Below, piece after piece: positions 13,540-28,748 of a DNA stretch of 64,000 bases (position 1 is the stretch's first letter; every line of letters starts with the position of its first letter). The translations under genes were made by a program, and so were the position numbers. The notes under the pieces are model-generated. The model ran no database searches, was not told the DNA's origin, and saw only the letters and a list, made by a program, of their open reading frames with translations. The stretch spans positions 10,994,969 through 11,058,968 of the forward strand of contig CM119270.1 of NCBI GenBank assembly GCA_051294375.1, written 5' to 3'. This stretch comes from Paraspadella gotoi. Its lineage: Eukaryota > Animalia > Chaetognatha.

Positions 13540-16500
13540 TAATATATATAATAATAATAATTACTAATAATTACTTACTATAATTTTATGACTCAATTGT
13601 ATTAATAAAATAGAGAGTGCCATATAGGACAAAAAATGCCAAGCAATTCGTGAGTGGGTTAAATGTTAAAACATTCCAGTTGATGCTTAAAGAAACTTTA
13701 TGAACAATAAGAACGCTTATTGTATAATCATTTAGTCATAATCAGTTGACTTCTCTAAAATCGAGAGGATTTAGATGCTGGGGCGCTAGATACTTCCTTC
13801 TCCCTCCGAGATCTCGCTATCCCCAACTTGCGAGCGAGACGCAGGAGACGCAGCCAGCCGCGGCGGCTGTAAAGTCGTGTAAGCGTTCTTGGAACGCGGA
13901 GGATCTGAAAAAGGGAGATCGAAAATTAAGAGTAAGGTAGGGAGACAAAGAACTGAGGCGCCACATTCTGCTGTTCCTAATCCTAATCCTTAAATTGAAT
14001 TTTAAACCAAACTTTTTTAAAACTTTTAATATTTTTTTTTTAAATGTTTAACTTCATTTCTTATCTAATCTGAATTCCTCACCAAAACTTTAACCAAATC
14101 CCCAATCTAATCATTAACCTAATACTTATCTCTAACCATTAAACTATATTTTAACTTAAAATCCAATTTCAGCTGAGTTTTGGAAAAATATGGCCGAATA
14201 TTTTTTTCATTTTTTCGAGATATTAAAACAAATTGTTTCCAACTCTACCTTGTAATATAAAGAGTTGGGCTGGAGATCATTCTAATTCTCACGCAATCAC
14301 TAGTTATCATCAGAGCCACCAGACCAATTCTTATCGGACTTGCGCTGTCCCAATATCATAACAGTGATGAGGGGCAGCTACGAGAGATGGTAGGAAAAAA
14401 AGTAATATAGAGAGGAAAGATTAATTATTTTATGATATTCTTCCCCTGGCCAGCTTATTTTACTTGAAAAACCATTTCATTGCATTTTATGATCATCATT
14501 TGATGGAGATTGGACGACCGGATTGTATTTTGTAATTAGGTTTTTTATTTTTAGACTTTACATGTAATTTGTCAGAATTCGGCAGCATTTAAACGTACCT
14601 GCAAGATAACAATCAAGGCGAAAGAGAAAGCGGCCGTGTTTAGCGCCCTAGCGTGGCGACGGGACTTAGAATCTTCACGAATTTCGGCCAGAGACAAACT
14701 GTGTCGCCGCATGAAGCGCCAAACAACGGCGTTACAGGCGCCAATGACGCCGGCGCCAACGAAGTAGTAAATAAAATGCAAGGCGATAACGAATTCGTCA
14801 CCATCTCCCAGAACATCGAGCTCGTCCCTCTCCATCCATTTAAAGAATAACTTGAAAACACTAGGGATGGTAGAAGCAAAACCTAGAACGACTGAGATGG
14901 CGGACATGATGCGGTAGCTGACCTGACGATTAATTAAACAACCTCCGTTAGCTGGAAAAGCCCACACTGAAGAGACAGTAATTATTATTATGTGTCAGTG
15001 ATAGAACCGTTCAATATAAGCAGTCCCTGAGCTTCGGCGGGTTAAGCGGCCCGTCCCTCTTAACTGCCAGACGACCACCGGGCTAGAACCCCAGACCTTT
15101 GGGTTGGGAGGCGAATGACTTGCCTCCGGCACCAATGGCCGCTGATGAACGGTTGGTGGATTTTAGTCCACCATAACACCTTCGATTTTGAGATTAAAAC
15201 GATTTTAATTCTAAACCTTGGAAATTTTGATGCTCATTCTGACAATCATCATAGTACGGGTGACGGCCATAAAAACGAGCAGCAGTTGAGATGTAAAGTT
15301 GCTTATCAAGTGATCGATGATGGAGAATATTCGCGCAAACTCTGCCTGTTTGTTTCTGATGGAGAGAGAATCAAGCGCTGTTTAGAAAATATTTAGATGA
15401 TTATTTTAAAAGGAATTTACAATCCTTTTATTTTCTGTTAAAATAACAACCAAGAATAGTAAACTTTAACTCAAGTGAATAAGTATTCACCTGCCTGTAA
15501 CGGCGTATGTCAACCACGCTGAGCTTATAAAAGGGTGGAGAAGGCAAACTGTGAAGTCGACGATGGCTAGTGTGGTGGTCAAGGGGCCGGACTTTTGTTG
15601 TTTTTAGGATGAAATGAGTGAGAGGGAAATTTTAGAACGTGAACAAATAATTACGTGGTTCCCAATTAACGGAATTTATTACGGACAAGAAAAAGGCTAA
15701 ATAGAGCGAGAAGATTAATACTTGATTGATAAAGTTAATTCACTTATCGTATATGAACAATTCCTAAACAATCCTAAATCTTAATTTGACATAAAAACCC
15801 TAAGTAGTAAACTCAGTTTTAAAAACTCTAAGGATAACTACAAATAATTACATTACCTCTTCTTCTTTACCTGTGATCCGACGGAATTAAAGTGAACGTC
15901 AATGATCAGTCCATTGAGCGTAGTCCCTAAAGTCAGAAGCAGCATCAGCGAAGTTATCCGGATTGCTGCGCCCCAAATCGGCATGCCATTTGCACGATCA
16001 GATAACGTCAAATTTGTGTCATCAGAGGCGTTTGTGTCGCTGATGAAAATCGTTGCGACAGTAGTCAATGTAGCGTTGAATTCAGAACTCATTGTGTTAC
16101 TACTGTTGCGTGATAATCAAGATGATGCGATATGTTAAAACCACGATATTGTTAAAAAACAATTATTTAGAAAGAGTTTGAAATTTTTTTTTAATTAATA
16201 TTCAAATATTATCAGCAAAGATAGGCAATATTAATATTTTGTATTGGAAAGCTTTTTAGTGATTATTTTTTATGCCCTTGCTGTAGCCGCACTAAGCGAG
16301 TTTTTATACGAGAATGTTTAACGATTATGCGTTAAGGGAAACGCTAGTTTTTCTATCAATCTAATAACAAAAAACAAAACAAAACAAAAATATTGCCTTG
16401 GCGACTCTCACTCTCGCCGATTTTTTGATTAATTTTTATTTCTTATTCAAGACAGCATTTTTAAAATTTTAGAGTACTTTTCATGGAATTTCAATGAAAG

Positions 16501-18200
16501 CCCTTAAATTAATCGATCGACAACCGCCCTTTTTTGATCGATTTGGGCGCCATCTTCATTTCAAGCGTCATTGTCAGCGTCATCTCCATCTCTCTAATCC
16601 AGATTAACAAAACCGACTCTCTGATGTTAAGCCTGGGATTTCTTGATCGATTCTTAACACGTGAATCGTATAAACCGGATTACGCGGACGATACTCCTCG
16701 AAGGACGTTTGGAGAATCTTTGTGCGCAGTTTATGAGATATTAATTCATTTTTCAGTTTCAAGAACTTGCTCGGTTTGAGTTCTCCAATTTTATTGATTA
16801 GATGATCTTAATTTTTTTTTCTTGATTGGTCGTGGTAAATTCAAAATAAAGCGCATATCTTTAACGGATTTTAAATAGTTACTTTTCAAAATGAATGATT
16901 GAAAAATAACTTTTAAAAATTATATTGGCCAATATAATTTTTAAACATGATGGGATGCATCTGAATGGAATTGAACCGGGTCTGTCCGCTTGGCGGACGA
17001 GGAATCTACCACTGAAACACCGATGCAGTTATTATTTTTGGTTATGTTTTGCTCCACGTATTAAATAATATTACAAAATTGTCTAAGTAAAATAAGCACA
17101 AATGTTATTAGTGCCGAAACCCGGGTTCTAACCAGGGACCTTTAGATCTTCAGTCTAACGCTCTCCCAACTGAGCTATTTTGGCAACTATAGTATAAAGT
17201 AATAAAATACAATTGAAACANNNNNNNNNNCTGAATGGAATTGAACCGGGTCTGTCCGCGTGGCGGACGAGGAATCTACCACTGAAACACCGATGCAGTT
17301 ATTATTTTTGGTTATGTTTTGCTCCACGTATTAAATAATATTACAAAATTGTCTAAGTAAAATAAGCACAAATGTTATTAGTGCCGAAACCCGGGTTCGA
17401 ACCAGGGCCCTTTAGATCTTCAGTCTAACGCTCTCCCAACTGAGCTATTTCGGCAACTATAGTATAAAGTAATATATAATATTATATTAATATATATATA
17501 ACATAATAATATATTTACTTTATTTCCACTATTTCAAGGGTACTCCCAGAGCAGCCAACTGGATCACCTCTCCTCGGTGCTTCCCCATCATCAGAGTCAA
17601 CTCTCTGCCGGCGACAAACTCCTCTCGACGAGCCACTTGGGCCTCGACCCTCTGGGGCCGAGGCTGAGCAACGGCCTCACACCGGACTCCTCGCCGCCTC
17701 ATCATCAACAACAGCAGCAACATCAACAACAACACCACTCCCAACAACCGCAACAACATCACCCCGGTGGCAACGGCAGCAACCCTCACCATCAACCCCA
17801 ACAACAACATCACAACAATAACAACAACAACAAGCGAAAGAGAACGCTGAGCGCCCTAGGCGGCGGCTCCGGAGGTGGAAGCGGCGGTGGCGGCGGCGGA
17901 GTCGACGACGAAGTCGATTCGGTAGGTGACGAGACGGAGGTGCTGGTCGGTCGGCTCGGTCCCGGCGCCGCGACTCATCATTCCGGCGCCGATCCGCCCG
18001 GCAACGGGGTCGGCGTCATCGTCTGCCCCGGGGAGACGTCGCCCGGTGGCGCCACCGGCTACTACGGGCGTTCTCCGCCGGCGGCGCGATTTTCCTTGGC
18101 GGAGACCAACGCCTGGTCCGCCGCAGCAGCCGCAGCAGGAGGCGGACATGAGATCGACGAGAAGATGGGAGACTCTTTTCATCCTTTCAACAACTCTTGA
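12630..18200 (+). CDS. NFI: Nuclear factor I (NFI/CTF), 3' part only (4 exons); DNA-binding-domain exon not seen and presumably upstream of the window
   Basis: Phase-1 exons 12630-12689, 12783-12875, 13157-13342, 17539-18200 splice in frame. The segment DTIHATGVFSAAELYHFTRASIMQPG matches the conserved post-DBD NFI motif (vertebrate NFIA [22 protein letters not shown]). It is followed by an S/P/H/Q/G-rich low-complexity tail ending PFNNS*. Confidence 0.75.
13420..13575. repeat. (AAT)n microsatellite
   Basis: Imperfect AAT tract in the NFI intron. Confidence 0.9.
13817..16092 (-). pseudogene. Divergent rhodopsin-class (class A) GPCR, 6 exons, with a frameshift in exon 5 (pseudogene, null allele or assembly error)
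   Basis: Exons 16092-15871, 15591-15491, 15355-15217, 14922-14599, 14377-14249, 13904-13817. N-glycosylated N-terminus, TM1 GTTLN, TM2 LAIVD, TM3 MAVTRT (DRY position), TM6 ILQ|LP, TM7 SSPTLY, helix 8 RSSAFQERL and Cys tail. Exon 5 is 129 nt but needs 3n+2, and frame 0 hits TAG at 14302-14300. About 333 aa if repaired. Confidence 0.75.
15020..15142 (-). mobile_element. tRNA-derived SINE-like element (family B)
   Basis: Minus strand has A-box-like TGGTGCCGGAGG, B-box-like GGTTCTAGCCC, then GAGGGACGGGCCGCTTAACCCGCC. A similar copy lies at ~38905-39020 (+). Confidence 0.55.
16956..17026 (-). pseudogene. tRNA-Gly(GCC)-like pseudogene, copy 1
   Basis: Reverse complement GCATCGGTGTTTCAGTGGTAGATTCCTCGTCCGCCAAGCGGACAGACCCGGTTCAATTCCATTCAGATGCA is colinear with metazoan tRNA-Gly-GCC, but T-stem and anticodon-stem pairing is disrupted. 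Confidence 0.7.
17112..17184 (-). tRNA. tRNA-Phe(GAA) copy 1 (T-loop GTTAGA variant, possibly non-functional)
   Basis: GCCAAAATAGCTCAGTTGGGAGAGCGTTAGACTGAAGATCTAAAGGTCCCTGGTTAGAACCCGGGTTTCGGCA is near-identical to metazoan tRNA-Phe-GAA, with B-box and acceptor-stem substitutions. Confidence 0.8.
17221..17230. other. Assembly gap (10 N)
   Basis: Run of n between two copies of the tRNA repeat unit. Confidence 1.
17231..17296 (-). pseudogene. tRNA-Gly(GCC)-like pseudogene, copy 2 (3' end lost in gap)
   Basis: Same sequence as 16961-17026 except for one substitution. Confidence 0.7.
17382..17454 (-). tRNA. tRNA-Phe(GAA) copy 2
   Basis: GCCGAAATAGCTCAGTTGGGAGAGCGTTAGACTGAAGATCTAAAGGGCCCTGGTTCGAACCCGGGTTTCGGCA has an intact cloverleaf, A and B boxes and a GAA anticodon. 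Confidence 0.93.
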
Positions 18201-18280
18201 GTCTTGAGTCTTGAGTCTTGAGTCTTGAGTCTTGAGTCTTGAGTCTTGAGTCTTGAGTCTTGAGTCTTGAGTCTTGAGTC
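18195..18280 (+). repeat. (TCTTGAG)12 heptamer repeat starting at the NFI stop codon
   Basis: Perfect tandem copies; the first TGA is the NFI stop (18198-18200). Confidence 0.95.
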
Positions 18281-19725
18281 GAGAAGAGAGACTAGTGATG
18301 AGCGGTGGTTAATGAATAATGGTTATATAAGATGGTCGACTCACTGAGAATAAAATTTATTTTTTAACCATGCTGTCACTGTGTGCATAGACGGCGAATA
18401 ACCTGTTTTTATTATTCATTTCAATGTACAAATTGTAAGTTTGAAGAACTTATTGAATCGTGTTGAAGTGGGTATTTTTATTTTTTTAATTTTTGGGTTT
18501 TAGTTTCATTGAGTTTTTTTTTGTTTAATCAATAATTTTGGGATGTTATTAAAACGAACTTTCATTTTGCAGTTGCTATGAATTTGGTGACAATACGTAA
18601 ATACTTAAAAGTCCTTTTCTCGTTATATCGCCGTCCACCGCTGTTATTGAATCATTTTATACAATGGGCGATTATGACCGAATAAATTTTGTAATTAGAG
18701 GCTTTGAAACCGTCTCAACTACATCCACGAGAATATTACATTAAAATAAATTATTCGTTGTGTTCGTATGGGAAGGTTATATGAGGATTATTGGTTGTGC
18801 GTCTTTATGCTATTTTTCATTTGTTCAAATGCTGATAATGTTACTGATTATGATGTTTCGGTACATTAACTAATTGAGTCTTTTTACGTTGTTCTTTAGA
18901 ATCTTAAAAAAAGATAAATTTTTTTGCAAATGGCCCCCCCAAAAACCCCTCAATTTTAGGATACCATGTACATAAGCGATACATTATCTACGTGCCATCG
19001 TTTTCGAAATTTTGGTTTTTTTAAACAATATATACTAGCATGACTTTTTGCTCAAACCCCATATGTAGTTTTGAACTTTTGTTAAACCTTTTTTCTCTCT
19101 CCCTCTCTCATTGCGACATTGTGTAACATTTGAATCTGCCAACTTACATTTTTTTACTATATGTATACTGTACATTGATTAGCTGAATTATGTGTACCTT
19201 ATTCACAATTTACGATTGTAATCATTAAAGATCGAATTGAGTAAAATAATTATTTAAATTATACAAAGTTGGAGTTTGTAGAAGAGTAGTTTCAATCATA
19301 GAGAGTTTAAGCTCGTTTAGCTTCTAATGTGTACAAACGCTTATATTTATACAACGAAATATTCTCAGTTATTCTTCTATTAAATGTATTATCCCAATTT
19401 GGTTCGAGGACAGTTTTTTTTCAAAGTTCAAGTAAACTGCGAGATTCCGATCTGTCGAGACTCTTAATGCGTAAACAAAATAGCAAAAGGAGACTTTAAT
19501 TTTTCTCATTTGCTGAGGAGCTAAAACGAAAAGAGGATTCGAATATTCTCACTTTAGTCTGGCACTTGTTGAAGATTAGTTCGTTCGATATAAAATTCAA
19601 TTAATTCTAATTTAACGAATTCGATGCAATAGTTTTAAAATAACTGTGACACATCATCGGCAATTTGAAAGACAATAACAATAACATTGTTACATTGTTA
19701 CTAACAGCTAAGCAGTTAACAACTT

Positions 19726-23085
<3,360 letters not shown>

Positions 23086-23517
23086 CTTCGCTCGATTCCA
23101 GCTGCTGCCGCGAGAGAGTTTATTTTTTTTCTATAATTTTTATTATAATTTTTTTTACATTTTTTTTGTTCTTTAAGTTTTAAGTAAAAAATGTTTTAAA
23201 ATCTTATAATTTTAAAATCCCATTAAATTTGTTTTTCATTTTGTTTTGTATATTTATTTCTTTGTTGTAATTACTCGTATTGTGTTCGATTAGATTTGAT
23301 GAAATCCCGAAATTGAGAGAATTTTTTGTAAAATTTCTCGTACGAATCGAGCTGATTAATCGAATTTTTTTGAATCAATTGACCAGAAGAGAAAAGATAA
23401 ACTTTTTACTGAAGTTTTTAGAATTTAGTTGAATCAAGTTGTAATTTTACGAGAGCCGATCTCCGACTACATTGCGGACGTCACAATCCGCGTTCGTAGT
23501 AATATAAAACGTAGGGG

Positions 23518-23851
<334 letters not shown>

Positions 23852-26530
23852 AAATTGACCGAAAAAAAAATATATGAGAAAAAAGTAGCGAAATGAATTT
23901 TCAAGTCTCGTAACAAAAAATAATGACTCTGGGAGAAAAAGAAGGTAGAGGAAGAGGAAGAGGAAGAAGAGGAGGAGGAACAGAATAAAAAGGAATCAGT
24001 TTAGGAGAATAGATATGGTAGGAAAAAGACCAGTTGAGGGGGGGGGGTGATAGGTGATATTAGGTGGAGAGTAGGAGTGGATCCACTTTTCGAATCGACA
24101 GGGTGAAGAGTAAAGAGAAGAATTTTGGGTTGTAATTAGGGTTAAAAAAATCTGAGAAGAGAAAAAAAAGATAGGAGCATAAAACTATGATGAGGACGAA
24201 GACGACGACGATGACGATTCGAATGATGAATAACAGAAACGTTTCTCTTTTTTTAAATTTCGGCGATCATTAGATCGTTAGGTCGTCGCTTTCGCGGTTT
24301 CCGTTCTCAAAAGATCCAAGTATTGGATGTTATAAGTATAAGTATAAGTATTGGATGTTATAAGTATTAACTAGACGGCGGCGGAAACAACGTTGGCGGC
24401 GACCGCGCGGCAGCGGCGACGTGGCGGCGACGGCGGCGGCGGCGGCATTACTTTTACGGTTTGTATTTTAAACCGGATTTCTTTTATCTAGCCTTTTTTA
24501 ACTTTCTCAATCAGATTTTTACTTAACTTTTGAAATTTAAATACTTTATTTCTATTTTCTTCATTGTTTTGCCAAGTTTTTCGGTTTCTATATTTTTTCA
24601 CACAATTTCTTATTTTTACATTAATAGTTTTGATTCCCGAATTCCTTGAAAATCTGTTACTTTAGAGCAAAATAATTAACGAAAAGAAGTCAGGGTCGTC
24701 GTCTTTGTCGTCGTCTTCGTCGTCGTCGTATTCGTTCTTGTCTATGAAGTGGGTCATGTTTTATTCAAGGGCATCGGATGAGGAGAAGCCAATCCATGGT
24801 CTCGACACCTTGGCCATCCCACATTGTTACCCACAATTTCCGTCGCTATTATAAGTATTTCTAATCATTTATTTAAGACAAATTTTTCATGAAACGCGTG
24901 ATACCAAAGAAAGAGCAATCATCCTTCAATTTGAAAAAATAAACTTGATCAGATTTTCTTAATTGAATAATAATGATGATGATGATGATTTTTTAAGGTT
25001 TTTTAAAATTTAAACCCATTTATCATTAAAATTTTTAAAATTTGTAATACTAACTTTTATCTAACTTTTTAATCTTTCCGAAAAATTTTTTTAAGCATTT
25101 CTTATATATAGTTAAATATTAAAATGCTTCCATGCGTGTGGAAAATTAATTTAATCAAAATCTAACATTATAAGTCAATTTGGTTATAAAAGGTTATAAA
25201 AGGTTATAAAAGACTTGCATTGCAGACTATTTCATATTGTAAAAAAATGTTTAATTCTGGTCCGCCTTACTATGCATGCACAACTACAAAAATCTAGTGA
25301 AAGAGTCATCTTAAGAAGTTGGGATTTTCTGTAATACTTCTACACCCTGGACAATAGGGTCTCAGGACCGATCAGCTCTAGAAGTAATGTTCCCTCGTCA
25401 TATAATTTATATTATAAAAACTAAAGTTTGGTAAAAAAATCGACGTTTTAGGCCACGTTAAAATATCATATTGAAGCAAAGACTAAAAGGCCATGTAGTT
25501 TGGCCTTCGACAAGAAAATTTTTAAGCGACGCAAAAATTTACTCTCAATAAAGGAAGACGATTTTGGTCGTAGTTCAGCCAGATTTTGAATGATATTTCT
25601 AACTTTTTAATAATTTTAACTTTTTAAGCATTTATCTATTCAATGATATGTTGAAATATTATGTATTTATATTAAGTCATTCACGAGTAATTATTTTTTT
25701 TATGTCATTCGTTTTCATACACGGGAGTATTTCTGCTGGAATATAAACCAAAAAATAAAAAAAAATAACTTAATTAAAGTTAATTTCTTAAAAAAACATC
25801 GGAAAGTAAAAAAGCTAAAAATTTGGTTGCTTTAATTCGGCTATTTTCAAAGGAAAACAAACGTTTCTCTTTTTGAGCTTTTCATATTTTGTCATTTCTC
25901 ACGAAAAAAATATTTAGTCACGTTTTAAAAATTATTTCAAATTTTGAAGCAACTTGGAATTTTGTATTTAGGGATTAGGTCCATTATGGATTACTATTTA
26001 GGTTAGCTTGCGTTCTATATTTAGAAAGATAATACGAAAAATTTAAATTCTTACTTAATTGAAGATCTTCTGTTTTCTTTTTCCACCTATACAATGACAT
26101 CTCGTAATCAAAAGCAAAGATTTTCATTGAAAACAAGTGACGTTTCTAAATTGCTCTACATTTTTGTCATACCTTAGAACTTTTACGGTCAATTTTGGAG
26201 GCAAACTTCTGTTCTCACACGACAACCAACTTTCCTTTAATTATATTTTATTAACTGGTTTTTTTTTTTCAATTTTTTTACCAAATTCAAATCCTAAACC
26301 TTTTCCTTCGACAGCCCCAATTTCCTTTCTCTTCCTCTTTCACTTTCTTCATTCCCCTTCCTCCCTTCCCCTTTCCTCCCTTCCCCCTTCCCCCTTCCCC
26401 CTTCCCCCTTCCTCCCTTTCCCCATTTTTTTCACAAGAAACTCTGGTTTTGAAATTTCCCTTCGTCCTGACGCAGCCTTCGAACCTCTCTCTCTCTCCCT
26501 ATCTTTCTGTCGTCCTCTCTCTTCGATGCC

Positions 26531-26564
<34 letters not shown>

Positions 26565-26724
26565 AACTCTCTCTCTCTCGAGCTCTGGCAACTCGCACGT
26601 GCCAAGGAGCCGCGCGCTGTGCCTCCAGAAAGAAGAGGAGAGGAAGAGCAGGAAGAAGTTAAGGAGGAGGAGGAGGAGGTTGCACATGCGGACAGCCTAG
26701 AGTGACGACGCAAGACGAGAAAAG

Positions 26725-26798
<74 letters not shown>

Positions 26799-27111
26799 AC
26801 TGGCGGCCCTGTCTCCGCTTTCCTGTAGCAGGGTCAAATCTCGGATTCTGCCCTATTCCTCCTCCTCCTCTCGTCCCTTTTCAACAGGAACCCTATACTT
26901 CCTCCTCCTCTTCCTCCTCAATTTTTTCTCACACGCTTCCTCCCCGCAACCCCCCTTCTTACCCCCCTCTCTCTCTCTCCCTCTCTCTTTCTCTCTCTCT
27001 CTTTCTTTCTTTCTCTCTTCCTCTCTCTCTCTTTCTCTTTTCTTTCTCCTTCCTTTCTCGTTTAACAATCTCAAATTATAATTTAGACAGAGAGAGTGTT
27101 CTTTTCCCCAA

Positions 27112-27163
<52 letters not shown>

Positions 27164-27642
27164 CAAATCGCGCCATTTTATAAATCGCGCCCCATTTTTT
27201 TCTCTCGGTCTCTGGAATTTCTTCTTCACGAACTCGACTCGTCGAATCTCGTTTCTTCTCCGAATTAATTCCCGATTTTATTTTCCTTCTCGAAGTCATT
27301 TTCGTCTCCAGTAAAAGCGATTGTGAAACCGTTAAACAATGACGAAGAGCCATGTGCCATTTGACAATCTCCAGTAACGATCGTCTAAGCCTTCCACTTT
27401 GTGTTTACGTGGGTTTACCCTTGAAAGCTTGGAGTACCAACCCGAAAATATACATTATACTGGAGATTCTGTGTGCGATAACAAGCACTTTTCTTCCAGA
27501 ATTTAAGGAACTTTCGTCGTCAAAATGTAAATCTGGGCGTGGTCCAGGGTCAAGCAATTATCAAGCATCGAAGAAAAAATGATTTAAGATCAAACCATTC
27601 TCAAAAAAAAAAAATCCATCAATTTTTTTTCACTCTTGTGGC

Positions 27643-27741
<99 letters not shown>

Positions 27742-28635
27742 ATCGCGAATGAGATGTTTTTTTTTTTCTCTCCCATGGTGGTTCGATTGGATTGGAGAGA
27801 AACAGTGTTTAATGTTTTCGAGGTTTTTGATCGAAGTCTCTTTCGCCTTGGGGAATTCTTTCGACGCGCGATCAGAAAACATTTTAAGATTTCTATAGAG
27901 AAAACCTAAAAACTTAAAGACGTTTGAAGATCTCTCCCTAAATGTTTTGATGGAGGAGAATGGATGTTTAAATATCCGAATATTTAAAAATTCTGTCAAA
28001 ATTTGATTTAACCAAAGTGAAAATCTGAGTGATCGAGTTAGTAAGTAAATTAAGAAATACTTTGTTAAAAAGTAAGATCTTCATTTATTTTAAAATCCAA
28101 TGACACTCAAAATATAAAACTGTTTAGTTTCCACGAGAAGGAAATATGTTTTTTGCTGAATGAAGGTCAAACAACTTCTAATTCTATTTTTTTACCTAAT
28201 ATTGTACTTGGAACAATCGTGAACAACTCAGACTCAGGTTCAGAACTTTTATTGAACTCGTATGACTTTCTATTGAAACAATGGACGCTCTTCATGTAAA
28301 AAGGGTTAATAAATGTAGAAATATGCAGCTGTATTGACGTATTGTACTATCCCTACCTCCACTCTTCTTGGTCACTTCACAGCTTCAAATACACAATAAA
28401 AAACATTGAGTTATTGACTCAAATAGATAAACTGCTTCTTACCTATTTGGAAAACCTCGAGCCACAAGGGGGTTCGGACAACGGACGTCAAGTTTAGTCA
28501 GCGAATCAACTGATATAAACAAAACGTTAAAAAAAAAGTAAACTTTTAAAGAATGAGAAGAAAAAAATATGAAAATCCGGAAAATGATGTGAAAATGAAT
28601 CGAGGGAATCAGATTTGATGAAGAGGCGCGATATT

Positions 28636-28748
28636 GGGATCGAGGGATCGAGGGATCGAGGGATCGAGGGATCGAGAGATCGACGGATCGACGGATCGAC
28701 GGATCGATGGATCGACGGAACGACGGATCGAAGGATCGACGGAATGAC
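28636..28748. repeat. Octamer minisatellite (NGGATCGA)~14
   Basis: GGGATCGA units grading into CGGATCGA units. Confidence 0.9.
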
